DNA of 64,000 nucleotides from Eledone cirrhosa (lineage: Eukaryota). The notes under the pieces were generated by a model, which saw nothing but the letters and a program-made list of their open reading frames with translations, was not told the DNA's origin and searched no databases. The DNA lies in assembly GCA_964016885.1 (NCBI GenBank), contig OZ024744.1, forward strand, positions 36,828,001 through 36,892,000. Reading direction: 5' to 3'. Position 1 is the stretch's first letter, and every line of letters starts with the position of its first letter. Positions 14,894 through 28,697 of this stretch are shown piece after piece. The position numbers were made by a program, and so were the translations under genes.

Positions 14894-15332
14894 CAAAAAT
14901 ATAAAAATATAAACGCACACACACATATAAATACGTAAACACACATATACATACATAGCTAAACAATTATACACATGCAAATACGTATATATCAAAAGAA
15001 CGCACAACCAAATACAAGCACACACATATACACACACACACACCCACACACAAACCCACACATACATAAAAATAAATAAATACACACGCACACATATACA
15101 TACATACACATACATATATACATATATACATATACATATACATATATACACATATATATATAAATATATATATACATATACACACATACACGTACACATA
15201 CACACATGCATACACATACACACACACATATACATGTGTGTATGTGTAAAGCTCAGTATTAGATAAGACAAATGAACCTTACATAAACGTATATATAGTA
15301 GTAAAGTAATAAAGCCATACAAGGCAATTAAT

Positions 15333-15390
15333 CCATTCACCAGAGGTTTCTTAAAAGCAAAAAAAGTTTCCTTCAATCTTCAGAATGAAA
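15333..15390 (-). ncRNA. hammerhead copy with mutated cleavage triplet (GUG)
   Basis: tttcatt-CTGAAGA-ttgaagg...cttttaa-GAAA-cctctgg-TG-aatgga. Confidence 0.7.
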
Positions 15391-15466
15391 AAAAGGGCCT
15401 GGTTTATCCACATATACATACATATACACACACAAATATACAAATAAATACGCACATACAGACACG

Positions 15467-15498
<32 letters not shown>

Positions 15499-15819
15499 CA
15501 TATATATATACATATACAGACACATATACATACATATATATACACACACACATATATATACATACATACATACACATATATATATACATACACAAACACA
15601 TACGTACACATATACATATATACACACAAAAATACATACACATACACATAGGTATGTGAAGGGCAAAACAAAAAGAATATAAGGGGGGGGGGGGGGCTAA
15701 GAGGAGGTAAAAATATAAGGGGAGGTAAGGGAGAAAAAAAAAATTTAAATATACAAGAGTACAGAAGGTAGAAGCAGCAAAATAAAAACCGTAGCAAAAG
15801 TAAAGAGCAGAGAAGGAGT

Positions 15820-15997
15820 TCAAGGCGGTTGATTTATCGTAGGAGTGTCAATCCAGTTACAGATCAGATGCGATTTCAGATGAGGACAGCATCTGAAGAT
15901 CTCAGTCTTAGAGTTAAGGCAAGCGGAAGTGTCTCTCAAGTTTAGCAAAATCCTATACTTTTCTGTGGTACACAAAGAACAATTTTTTGTGCCCCTT
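15820..15997 (-). pseudogene. Penelope ORF C-terminus (end of GIY-YIG endonuclease region)
   Basis: CSLCTTEKYRIL...LNSKTEIFRCCPH matches the CxLCxxEK...LNxxxE...CxH tail of PLE proteins. Confidence 0.75.
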
Positions 15998-16365
15998 TGA
16001 GCTTTACACATACACACATGTATATGTGTGTGTGTATGTGTATGCATGTGTGTATGTGTACGTGTATGTGTGTATATGTATATATATATTTATATATATA
16101 TGTGTATATATGTATATGTATATGTATATATGTATATATGTATATGTATGTGTATGTATGTATATGTGTGCGTGTGTATTTATTTATTTTTATGTATGTG
16201 TGGGTTTGTGTGTGGGTGTGTGTGTGTGTATATGTGTGTGCTTGTATTTGGTTGTGCGTTCTTTTGATATATACGTATTTGCATGTGTATAATTGTTTAG
16301 CTATGTATGTATATGTGTGTTTACGTATTTATATGTGTGTGTGCGTTTATATTTTTATATTTTTG

Positions 16366-16414
<49 letters not shown>

Positions 16415-16761
16415 ATATAATTACATATACATGTGTGTGTTTATATTGTATACGTGTACGTGTTTGTGTATGTATGTGTATGTACGTGTTTATGTATTTG
16501 TATATGTATATTTATGTGTGAGAGTGTGTGTATGTGTTTACTATTTCGAACGTATGTATATGTGCTTATGTGTGTATTACTTACCATGCGTGTCTGTCCT
16601 GTTAGCTGGGGCATGTATCGCTGTCAAAAATTTGTTAATATATATTTATATATTTTTTCTTATATTTATTTGCGTGTGTTAATATGTAGTGGAGTGCATT
16701 CATGTATGTGTATGTATGTACGTTGTATGTTTGTGTGAATGTATGTATGTGTGTATATATA

Positions 16762-16820
<59 letters not shown>

Positions 16821-17112
16821 ATGTATGAATATATGTATGTGTATATGTGTGTATATATGTGTATGTGTGTGTAGGTGTACGCTCTTTATATATATATATA
16901 TATATGTGTGTGTATATGTATATGTGTATGTGTGCATTTATATATATGTGTATATATGTATGTGGGTGTAAGTATGCTTTTGTGTTTTTTTGTGTGTGTT
17001 TGCATGTGTAGTTTTAATTTATTTTTCCTTTCCTTCTCCCTTTTCCAGCCTCACTTTCATATAGATTGCATTTTTGTTTTTAGAATCCATATTCAATAAA
17101 CAAACCAGGATT

Positions 17113-17172
17113 TTTCATTCTGAGGATTGAAAGCAAAACCTTTTGCTTTTAAGAAACCACTGGTAAATGGAA
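17113..17172 (+). ncRNA. type I hammerhead ribozyme
   Basis: tttcatt-CTGAGGA-ttgaaagcaaaa-cc-ttttgcttttaa-GAAA-ccactgg-TA-aatggaa; 7-bp stem I, long stem II, GUA site after 17165. Confidence 0.85.
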
Positions 17173-17201
17173 TAATTGCCTTATGTTGTTTATTACATAA
17201 T

Positions 17202-17274
<73 letters not shown>

Positions 17275-17840
17275 ATATATATATATATATATATGGAACA
17301 AGAAGTATATGTCAACATGTTAAAAATAAGTTACTGTAGTTACCCCCGATTGAATCCGTGACTCACATAGAGTGGAGAGTTTTTTGGCGTTACCTTCAAA
17401 CTGTTTGAAATTTAACCGTCTAATTATGTGATTGGTTCTATATCTTAGGCCTATGTCTACCTCCTCTTTTGGAGGCCACATGATGTCAGTGGGAGGCAGT
17501 AACTGCAACTAAATCACTAGTAGACCTTAGCCATAGAACACAAGAGATCGATTCCCGTTGACGATCCTCGTCGCGTCCATTCGTTCCAGAGAATTTTCAT
17601 TTAATGTGTGGCTTCTGTGTATTGGGTCCAATTATTGCACCGCAGTGCACAGGACACGGAGAAGAAACCAACGATTTCCTTTGGTCAGGGCTAAATTTTT
17701 TAATACCCACACATAATCCCAACCTTACCACTAATAACTAAGTGTGTGCGCTCTGAATCACGAACTGGCGCTCTGGAAATGCCAGTTCGTGAAATAATTG
17801 AACGAGTGGGAAGGTTCGACCTACTAACACAAACTCAATT

Positions 17841-17895
<55 letters not shown>

Positions 17896-17937
17896 ATATA
17901 TATATATATATTATATATATATATATGTGTATATATA

Positions 17938-18003
<66 letters not shown>
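17938..18003. repeat. (TAG)n microsatellite
   Basis: direct reading. Confidence 0.99.
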
Positions 18004-18388
18004 ACTCATTAAAGAGCATTCCTGGCTAGGGATAAGTGTAGAATGGTGCCGCCAATTTTAAAATAGCTGCGAAGCGATACATTAAGACGCACTACCATTA
18101 AATAGCAATTACTTTTAGTTTCTCTCGTTTTTTTTTTTATTCTTCCATTCTCCCATTCATTATTTCATTTTTTTTCATTCTTTCATTCCTCTATTCATTC
18201 ATTCCGTCTGAGCTTGATTATACTTTGCCCTGCCACTTTTACAACGCTTTAGTGTATATAACATCATCACAGTTTTACGTCCATTTTCCCATGCTAGCAT
18301 ATATATATATATGTGTGTGGGTATGTGTGTGTGTGTGTATATTAATGTATGTGTGTATATATATATGTATGTATATATATACTGTATA

Positions 18389-18420
<32 letters not shown>

Positions 18421-18465
18421 CATACATATACTTATATATATATATACTAATATATATATACATAC

Positions 18466-18520
<55 letters not shown>

Positions 18521-18543
18521 TACATATATATATATATTAATAC

Positions 18544-18637
<94 letters not shown>

Positions 18638-18937
18638 TATATATATAGATCGAGGGTCGATAATACGGGCGGCTCTCAGTATAATGTATATAATAAATTA
18701 AGTGTAGTGATGTACTGAATGAGGTATGTATGAAAAAAAACGAAAAAAAATTGAAAAAAAAAAAACAATGAATAAAATAAAATAATTTATACATATAATA
18801 AGTTTGTTGCCCGGAAATATATAAACGAAGTAAGTAGCTATGTCCGTACAGAACATAACAAGGCGCTTTATTATTAGCGTCGTCGATCAATATAATAAAA
18901 GCATAGCGTAGAGAAATAAAAATGAGGTGGAAAGATG

Positions 18938-18940
18938 GAG

Positions 18941-19032
<92 letters not shown>
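18938..19032. repeat. (GA)n microsatellite
   Basis: direct reading. Confidence 0.99.
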
Positions 19033-19036
<4 letters not shown>

Positions 19037-19890
19037 GTAAGTAGGGTGATTAAGGGAGTATAGATAAGAGAATCAGAGGATAGCAAGTTGAAGTGGTGAA
19101 AAGGGGAGACAAATGCGAAAGACAGGGTGAAAGAAGGCGGGAAAATGAGACCGAGTGGATTTGTGAATTTCAAGTCAGTAAGACGGTTATTATTTTTCGC
19201 AGATATTATTCATAGATGCGGGTGTATGTATGTATGTATATATGTCGGATCACTCTTGGATATTACTGGTAACATGTAACCCAGTACAACCTGTCGCATG
19301 GTCGGGTCGTAGGCGACTAAACCGGCAACCCTACCAAGTTTACTTCGCGTGGAGGGTGATTTTGGACGCCCTGCAGGACAAAAAAAACAAACGCTGACAC
19401 AGGGCGGAAGAACTCATAAGAGTCAGCGGCCATCCAAAAGTGTGTAAATATGGATATACACATGTACATATGTATGTATATGTATATGTGTATATACATG
19501 GGTGCATGTGTATGTATATGCGCGGGGACATAGAAATAGTCGGGCTGGACACCCGATCGCGCGGTTAAACCACTGGGAGTGAAGGACCCCTACCATTTGT
19601 CAGAGCATTCTTCTAGGAGAAGGCAACTCAGGAAACTGGGATAACTCCAGTATATTAGACCTGCGGCTCAGTGAACCGATGATGTTGATCGTTTCTTCTT
19701 TTTGGGTTATAGCTACTGTCGCTCAGAGAGTGGGATTGGCTCAGTGCACAGTCTTTCCTCACTTTAAAAAATATCTTCACGCATAGGCATTGCACGATAG
19801 AATTAATTAACAATTATTAATAATGCTATATTATGCAATAGCCATACTCGATAACGAGGTGGCAGCCATCATATAGCTATGTATGTATGT

Positions 19891-22796
19891 TCTTCTGGTT
19901 TTATAATTTCACAAACTTTTACCAATAGAGAGAGAGGCGGTTTCTAGCATAGACACAAGACTCTCTCATTGGAATTTACACAACATCTACTAGGTAGATT
20001 ATGTATGCATGCATATGTAGATATGGATGTTATTGTATGTATGTGTATGTTTTGAGTTGTATGTGTGCATGTGTATATGCTTTGCATCTGTACATGTGTA
20101 TATGCAGTTATTAGATGCAACAATTTTGGAATGTTTTACATATTTTTACTGTTCCATTAATGGATTGTACTTGTAATTTCGGAACTAGTTGTGTTCTTTC
20201 TGTTCCTGTGAAACCTAGCTTCTCAAGATTTGTATTGAGGCAGTTACTAACATAACCCAGTGCCCCAACAATCACAGGCATATATCTGAAGGTGTAATCA
20301 GGGTGGAGTATCTGCAGATTTCTCATCAGTTCTGCATAAATATTCTTCATTTCGCGAATCTTTGATATTATATTGGCATCTGCTGGGCAGCTAATTTCCA
20401 CTACTTTGCATGCTTTCTTCTCCCAGTCCCATATCACAATATCTGGTCTATTATGCCTGCATGTTACTGGGGTGTTTACTGGAACATTCCACCAGTACTC
20501 TTTCATATTATGTACATGGATGTCTTCCACATTGCTGTAGCTTTTAATGTGTGTATTATCGGGGCTATCTTTTTTCCAAAGTGCATTTTACAGTGTTTTG
20601 GCCACTACATCATGCCTCATAGGTAGATAGTACCGCGATGACATCTTTAGACAGCTTCTGATGACATGGGTGATATCCTCGATGTTAGTTCTGCAGAGTC
20701 TGCACTTGTTATCACATCAAGGTGTTTTGCCTGCATCGCTATCTCTTTTGTGAATCAGGTATTTCGTGTTAATCTCCTGTTCTTGGATTTCAAAAGCGTA
20801 TCCTTGAAAGTGGGAGCCAATATAGCGGATGTTAGTCCATGATAGACTACTTTCCTTATCTATATTACTCTCACTCTTGAGCTTCCTGGAAACATATCCA
20901 TACATGATTTTTTGCTGATAAGCATGCAGTTTTCCATCGATGAATTCACTGCGATACTGCTGAGCGACATCCCTGGGTGTGAGTTTTTCATTATTACATA
21001 GGGAATATCTCTCGAGGTGTTCCTTTCCAACTTTCATGATCCTATCTGTTTCATGCAGATAGACTTGCTCGAGAGACGGGCTCCTACGCTTCGAGGTTCG
21101 TAGATGTTGTTGGAGGGATATGATGCGACATTCAAATGTTGTCTGGACTGATGTTAGGCCTCTGCCTCCCTGCTTACGTTTCAAGTAAAGGCGGTCTATG
21201 TCACTGTTGATGTGGAAGTTTCCGGTGTTGTTTAGTATTATTTTACGAGTTCCAACATCAACTGCTCGGATTACGTCTATCGTCCAATTGAGTATTCCAA
21301 ATATTGGTGTTAGGACAGGCACAGCAAACACATTGTGAGTCACTGTTTTGTTTTGCGCAGAGAGTTCCGATGACCAGATCTTTCTTAATCGGGTGTAGTA
21401 TTCCCTGGTTACGCGTTCTTTATTACAGATACCATTATGGGATATGTTCTCATCTATCCCCAGGTATCTGTAGCAGTCCTCATTAGATATCGGTGAAACA
21501 GTTAGACCATTGATGGCAATGTTGCTAGATTGGTTGTTGTTTTCCCCCGCTTTACAGTCATGTATGAGCATTAATCTTGGCCAAACTCCATTCCTATATC
21601 CTTTGAGAACGTTGTAACCAGGTCAAGATTTTTCTTCATCCCATCCATGTTCATGGCATAGAGTTTCAGATCGTCCAGAAAGAAATTATGGGTTAGGTTC
21701 GTATTTCTGTCCTCCTGTGAGCCAATGATGTATCCCTCACATTACTTGAGCAGAAAGGACAAGGGGTTTAATGACAAGATGAATAATATCACAGAGAGAC
21801 AGTCCCCCTGAAATATACTCCTGCAATATTTTATTTTATCAGTGAAAATAGAGTCCCCCCTCTCTGTCTTTAACCTTAGGATAGTAGCCCAAGAAGAAGA
21901 CAGCCTCTCTATGGCTCTGACAATAATATGTGCGACTTTAGCAAGTTGGAGGGCCTCTATCATCCAAGAGTGGGGAACAGAATCGAAAGCTTTCTTGTAG
22001 TCCAGCCAGACTGTATTCATATTCCTCCTAAGTTGTCTCACCTCCGACATCGCAGTTTTGTTGATTAGGAGTTGTTCAGCACATCCCCAAACCCCTTTCT
22101 TTCCAGTTGCTTGTTCATCTGTGATGATGTTATTATTTTCACAGTGATCTTCGCGGAATAGGTTCAGGCAAGCTGTATACATCTTATACATCAGGTTCTG
22201 GCATCCAATGGGTCGGTAGTTTTTTGCCGAGTCGGTGTCTTTGTTTTTGGCGACCAGTAATGTTTGTGTTAATGTCAACCATTTAGTATAAGTGTATCTC
22301 CCTTAAGAACTTGTTGGTAGAGGTCAGTAAGATACCTCCGATAGAATATCAGTTTTCTGTACCAGTAGCCGACAATCATGTCTCTTCCTGGTGTTTTCTT
22401 ATCTTGGAGTTTTCCTATCACAGTCTCAAGGGTACCCTCACATATTTCGTATGTTTTTGTTGTAGTTTAGGAGCAATAGTTCTTTCGGATTTCTCTTAGC
22501 CACACAGCATGTGGTTGAAATTCTTCTTTTCACTACATATTTTGCTCCAAAAGCAATCTATGTCTCTCTGAGCTGGGGCCTCTGTGACACTTATTATTTT
22601 GTTCTTCACATCTCTATAGACTGATGTTTGGTTTCGTCTGAATCTTTTATTAAGCACTTTTCTCTCATCTACCTTCTTCAGGTATCGGCGTTTTTCGCTA
22701 ACAGCTCTCAATTCTTGTTTGAGGGTGATCAGCTTATATTGAAGTGTTCTGGTTCTACTGTTACCAAACATAATCTCTATTTTATTGTTCACTCTT
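19891..22796 (-). mobile_element. R4/Dong-like non-LTR retrotransposon (RT, CCHC finger, restriction-like endonuclease), 5'-truncated and decayed
   Basis: NYRPIGC, WLDYKKAFDSVPHSW, IFQGDCLS, FLDDLKLY (about 21660-21685), GGRGL, CRLC...THVIRSC and RHD (about 20610-20715), RPDIV...VEISCP...IVGALG. Confidence 0.9.
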
Positions 22797-22872
22797 TATG
22801 TATGTATGTATGTATGTATGTGTGTATGTGTGTGTGTATATGTATGTATGTATATATGTATGTATATATGTA

Positions 22873-22943
<71 letters not shown>

Positions 22944-23494
22944 ATATATATATATATAGATGTATGTATATATATATAAATGTATTTATGTATGGGGTGT
23001 TCAGATTGATAGACATTATTTGATGTCTGGCAGCGAGATCTTTAGGGATACACGAGTTTATTCGTTCTCACCCACCTTTGGCCTTTTTCAGCCGCACTCC
23101 AGAAACCGCTTCTGATATCACCAAGTATTTCTCAGGACCACTGAAATGCTATGATGGACACACAGTCAACACATAACATGCCTGAGGCCAGGAAAACCAA
23201 TGATGGCTCTTTTCATTGCCCTTCTTCTGGCTGGAAGTGATCAATATAAACTGGAACAATGATAACAACAGCGTGAATGACAACCACATCAACACTCATC
23301 AATGTCTCCAAAGACAATAATGTCTTTGGAACTCTATATGTTTGTGAAAGGACAAGATAACCTACACGTGAATATGCCAGCCTCGCATGGGATATTTTAG
23401 GGTCGTATCAGGATCTTAGCAATCTCATTGAAATAGTGTACAACTTAATATATACCCAAATTAACTACCGTTATGAACATTAAGGGTAAAAGCT

Positions 23495-23800
23495 AAAGAC
23501 AACATTCGGTCACGAATGACCATGGGATTTGCACCTTGAAAGTTCACTTCGGAGGTACAAGTCCGGGCTAGGTTGTTTGTTAAAGACCAGCAGTCGCCAA
23601 TGCATACTATGCCACAGATGTTGTCCAAGAGAAAGGCAAAAAGCGATACAGCTTGGCCCCAGTGACATCACAACTCATTTCTACAGCTGAGTAAACTGGA
23701 ACAACTTGTATCAACACAATGTATCAACAGTCCTAGAATCGAACTTACCACCTCACGACTAGAAGCCCGAAGCCCTAACCACTAAGCCATACGCCTTCAC
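23495..23800 (-). mobile_element. tRNA-derived SINE
   Basis: minus-strand head with A box TGGCTTAGTGG and B box GTTCGATTC; body resembles an abundant Octopus SINE (from memory). Confidence 0.8.
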
Positions 23801-24010
23801 ATTAATGACATGCACATTAGTACATCCTTATAAGTGACACTACTGTATGTAATAGGGTATACAAATACCTCCGTTATGTATTTTCCTTGTGATTGATTTA
23901 TGATATATATCTTCTTCTGATAACTTCAAATGTTCAAAAATCGATTCAAGGTATTTAGCCTTTTTCGATGTACAGGGAAATACGTGAAATTTGACATGCC
24001 TTCATGTCAA

Positions 24011-24192
24011 TATATTCAGTGTGTAAATGTATATACACATTTACGCATGTCTACATGTGGATATATTCATCGTGCAAATGTATATACACATTTACGCCTG
24101 TCAATATATTGAATGTCTAAATGTATATACACATTTACGCCTGTTTACATGTCTATATATTCAATGTGAAAATGTATATAGACATTTACACC
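24011..24192. repeat. ~46-50-bp minisatellite, 4 copies
   Basis: tatatt...aaatgtatatacacatttacgc repeated. Confidence 0.9.
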
Positions 24193-24617
24193 TAGGTTAT
24201 TTTTGTACTATATATAGGCAGATATATATTTTTAAATACGCAGATACAGACCGCCGCCCCATATATATCTATAAAATATTATATTAAAAAAAAGCCATTA
24301 GATAATACAGGAAATCCCTTTAATCTGGGATCTAAAACATACAAATTCCACCCAATGATTAAATATCACTTGTGCAATGTGGGGTTAAGCGACAACAACA
24401 ACAACATATTACTATCGCCATGATATCTACAAAATATTAATTTCGTACGAAACTAAGCTACTTCATGTAAAGTCATTTATAGGCAATCCCATTTGCATTT
24501 CTTTCTCTTCTTTTGATAAAATCTCTAGCTATAATTCTTTTTAACTTTGGGGTAAGGACAGCAATTGGGAGAAAGGTGTTGATTTTTTTACTAGAATATT
24601 TTCAAAACGCTGACTCG

Positions 24618-24724
<107 letters not shown>

Positions 24725-25352
24725 ATATGAATACATTTATATAAATATAAACTCGCAAATACAGACACAGTTACCGAAATACGCACACATAGACATACAT
24801 TCACACAAACACACACATACTCATACACTCACATACAACGTAGCAAATGGAACGATATAGATTGATCCCATAAAGATGAAAGTCAAAGCTGACCTCGGTG
24901 TGATAAAGACTATTTGTTTTCCTCACATTTATCTCATCAATAATCACGGGCAAATTCTCTTTCAAAGTTATCGGCTTCTCTTCAAAATGATATTGCAGCT
25001 TAAATGAAAAATAAAAATTATAAAGAGATGATGAGAAAGTTTTCGAAAGCGTTAGTGAGATTTTTCTATGTTAGAGTATATAAAACATTTCAATGAGTTA
25101 TTAAAAGGGTAATATTGAAAACGAATGTTTTACAGTTATGGAGAATGTTTTACAACTATGCCGAGAGAAAATTAAAGTCTTAAGTATAAGTATTACTTTC
25201 CTTCGCACAATGCGTTATGTTATCATTTTTACCATAGGAACCAAAGGTCCGAAAACGATGCTTTGAACCAAACCAATTCTCATTTTCTGAAGCAGGTAAT
25301 ATATTCCTCTCTGAATTTCTGTATATTGTGCTATATATATATAGAGAGAGAG

Positions 25353-25465
<113 letters not shown>

Positions 25466-25487
25466 TAGAGAGAGAAAGAGCAAGTGC

Positions 25488-25691
25488 GAATAAAGTGACT
25501 AGAGGCCGGAAAGTTGAGATTCCTTCTCAATAAGTATTTATTTCAGCAATGTTACCGTGATTCCTTTATGATTGTTATGCAATGCACTTGAAGAAGTCGC
25601 TGGAATTCTACTGGCCATTGAAATATATATAGTGTCTGCAAAAATAAAAACTTTAAAGAAATTTCAACTTTCCGGCCTCGTCACTTTATTC
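25488..25691. mobile_element. MITE-like element with ~35-bp inverted termini
   Basis: gaataaagtgact-agaggccggaaagttga pairs with tcaactttccggcctcgtcactttattc. Confidence 0.75.
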
Positions 25692-25836
25692 ATTAATTGA
25701 ATCTTACACCAAAGATGATTGAGTTGCGTCACCTTGGATGCTTTTCCTACTATTGCATCATGGTTAACTATCCGGAATGACCAGTTCTATCCAGTGGTGA
25801 ACCGCCAATTTCAATGACTATATATATATATATAAT

Positions 25837-26015
25837 GAAGGAAGTGTGGTAAGGAACCAGGTGGACCATAAGGCATCAGAGTACTCAATACTTAGGGTAG
25901 TAGAGTGGGTATAGGAAAATGTTATAGACCCCCGACAGCAGAGCTGACTATTCAGTCCAGAAATAGCCGTCGAAACGGCTTGAGCTCTGCCGTCGGGGTC
26001 GTGAACATGTTCCTA
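25837..26015 (+). mobile_element. Penelope-associated terminal repeat with hairpin, solo copy in (TA)n
   Basis: matches 53995-54095 and, inverted, 10831-10993. Confidence 0.75.
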
Positions 26016-26276
26016 TATATATATATCGATTATTTTCTCACTATCACTACCCTCTATCAGTCATTTTCTACCCTTCCCTCGCCGATTCTTGCATTCTCAT
26101 ATATTTATATTATTTCTTATATTGATATTTATTAATAGATTTTTGTGGAGGTGAGAAAGATGTCATATTTCCTTATTGATGATAATGTAGCTACGGTGAA
26201 TCAGAAATAGGAACTTATCTTCACGCTTCTTGCTTTTCTTATCGCAGGGACGAGCCAAAGCAAGAATTCATAGTTA

Positions 26277-26312
<36 letters not shown>

Positions 26313-26799
26313 AATAATAAGCCACAACAACAACCAGAACAACAACAACAACAACAACAATAATAATAATTGGATCAGGAATGAGGAATCTTTGTCATAT
26401 TGAACCTTTTGAGCTTAAATTACTAACGAAAACACCATTACAACAACAGTACAACAACAAGACCATTACAACAACACCAAAAACAAGAGCAACGCTCAAA
26501 GTGAAAAGATAAGAGCAACAATAGCAACAATGCATGCATTAACACCAACTACTATAACAACTATCAATATTATAAGATATTATAGCTTTACCTGACTGCA
26601 CTGCAACGTTTACTCTTTCGCTTTTTTTAGAAAAGGTGCGCTCCGATGGCCAGGTGGTCCATCTTCTGTCAATACCCGCTGCGTGGAGAGCTGGACATGC
26701 CGTGGCTGATGATGCGCAGACATACACTGAGGCTACGACATCGCCAACTTTTCCTGAACGGTAAACATGTCTGGTCGCCATTCACTGTGCACGTGTTTT

Positions 26800-27578
26800 T
26801 CCTCCGCTCGTCTCTTTGACGGAGCTGCAGACCTAACTCAAACGGAGACCTAGGGGCAGATAAACTCTACAGGCATGGAAGTGCCGTCAGCTGGGCCCTT
26901 CCGAGATGTGTGCAAGGCGATGAAACTGCCGTGCACGCACTCGTCCAATGTCTGAGTATCGCTGGCTTGTGGGTTTATGTCGAACACCAAGCTATCACCT
27001 GTAGGACGGATCTGACTGTCAACTGAGTCCATCTCAAAATTTCACCACCACCTTTCTTTAGCCATGAATGGCAGGCTGCTTTTGTCTGTCTGGTGGCCAT
27101 GCCAAAAGAGGTCGTATGTGGACGCTTGTCTGAACTTGTCTGAAAGGGCTGAAGACAAGCACTATCCCCTTCGGCGATCCCCTAATTAACTTCTTGTTTC
27201 CTTCAAAGAGAAATATCAGGGTGGAGGGATTTGTGCTGCCTACGAAGCAATTGTTGAAAGGTTGGTGAAAGAGGTGAGCATGGCGCGGGGGGAATGAGCC
27301 TGCTCTGAGTGTGTGCATATAGATTGAAGAAGGACACCTGGGAGAAGGCTCTTGCCCTTGTAGTCATGGTGACTGTGGCATTATGTGGGCTTTATCCAAC
27401 AATGATACTACGATGTGTCCCCATTACTGAGGAATTTTCTTTCATTCTATTTTTGTTGTTACATCCTTTGTTTTTGTTTTATGTTTTATTATTTTTCACA
27501 CGCAGAACCAGCATTTTACCGTCCTCTGCTGTCGCTAATATATATTTTGCAAACATTTTATAGTTAATAAAGAATATC
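26800..27578 (+). mobile_element. Tx1-like LINE 3' fragment (ORF2 C-terminus and 3' UTR), decayed
   Basis: homologous to 59780-60510; AATAAA at 27566. Confidence 0.8.
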
Positions 27579-27589
27579 TTTGCCTTTCA

Positions 27590-28697
27590 ATTCTAGACGT
27601 CATGCTGATAAGACAGGATAACTGGACAGGCTCGGAGATGGAGCTAATCATCCAATCAAACCATGAAAGCATAGAGGCCATCCCCGATGTGATCGACCTG
27701 TACGACGGCAGCCATCTACCCATGAGTGTCAAAGGTAGGCGCCCAAGATGTCACGAGTGCGGAAACAAAACACACGTTAAGGCCTTCTGTCCCAAACTCA
27801 CCAAGGCGGGAACGAGCTCCTCCTTCTCCATACGCCATGCCCCGCGACTGGAGTGACCAAACCACTCGAAGCCGCAGTGGCAGAAAAACTACAAACACCG
27901 GCGACACTAACGTCAAAAACACCATCTCCACCACCAAACAGCGCCAACAAGCCCAATTGAGAGCATGCCCCTTCCCGATATTTCTAAATCCGTCGCCCTC
28001 CAAAAAAAAAGAGGAGGAAAAAACAAATAAAATGAAAACGAGCCCACCACCTACACCATCACCACTACAACCATCGCCATCATTATCATCTACCCTATCG
28101 TCACCTCCAACAACACCACAGCAAACACAGAAAGCACCAACACCCAAACAGCAGACAATACACAGCTATAGACACAGACAACACAAAGCTATTAAATTAC
28201 TTTCAACACCACACCAACATCACAGATTCAAATTACATACAAACCACCAAATTGCACCTCCTACACACATAAAAATAATTGAAATCTCTTAAAAGAATTA
28301 CACAACATTAAAGAAAAAGTTCCCCGCGGAGCCTATTGAGGGAACATCACCAAAAGAATTCATTCTGACATTCTCGTGGAGAAATCCACGACTGGTCGGA
28401 GGGATAGATCACCCACCTCCTTCCTAAAAAAAAAGCCGAAGATAAAGTTTCTACTTTTCCACTCACATTTGTTTTCCTCCTATCTTAGCCAACATAGCTT
28501 CTCTCAGGATGGGCAGTATAAATGCACGTTGCCTGGGGTCGTCTTAGAAGCAGGGTCACCTGCTCAACGATCTCAGGTCGCTAGACATAGATGTGGTGGC
28601 CATCAGCGAGACCAGAATCTCTGAGGCACGGGCATACGCACCCATTTTCAGCGGTTACGAGGTATACACATCTCCAAGCCATCCCGGATATGGGGGG
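27590..28697 (+). mobile_element. Tx1-like LINE fragment: ORF1 C-terminal half and ORF2 start
   Basis: zinc knuckle GRRPRCHECGNKTHVKAFCP; P/T-rich linker; DVVAISETR of the APE domain; homologous to 56400-57060. Confidence 0.85.

Larger units (their letters stand above)
13889..17207 (-). mobile_element. Penelope-like element 3' remnant with tandem and inverted pseudo-LTRs rich in microsatellite
   Basis: 13889-15254 is inverted at 15998-17207; spacer holds a PLE C-terminal coding remnant; three hammerhead copies. Confidence 0.85.

Noticed and set aside
23730-23800. tRNA gene
   Set aside because: A and B boxes are present, but it is the head of a SINE and I could not build a convincing cloverleaf.
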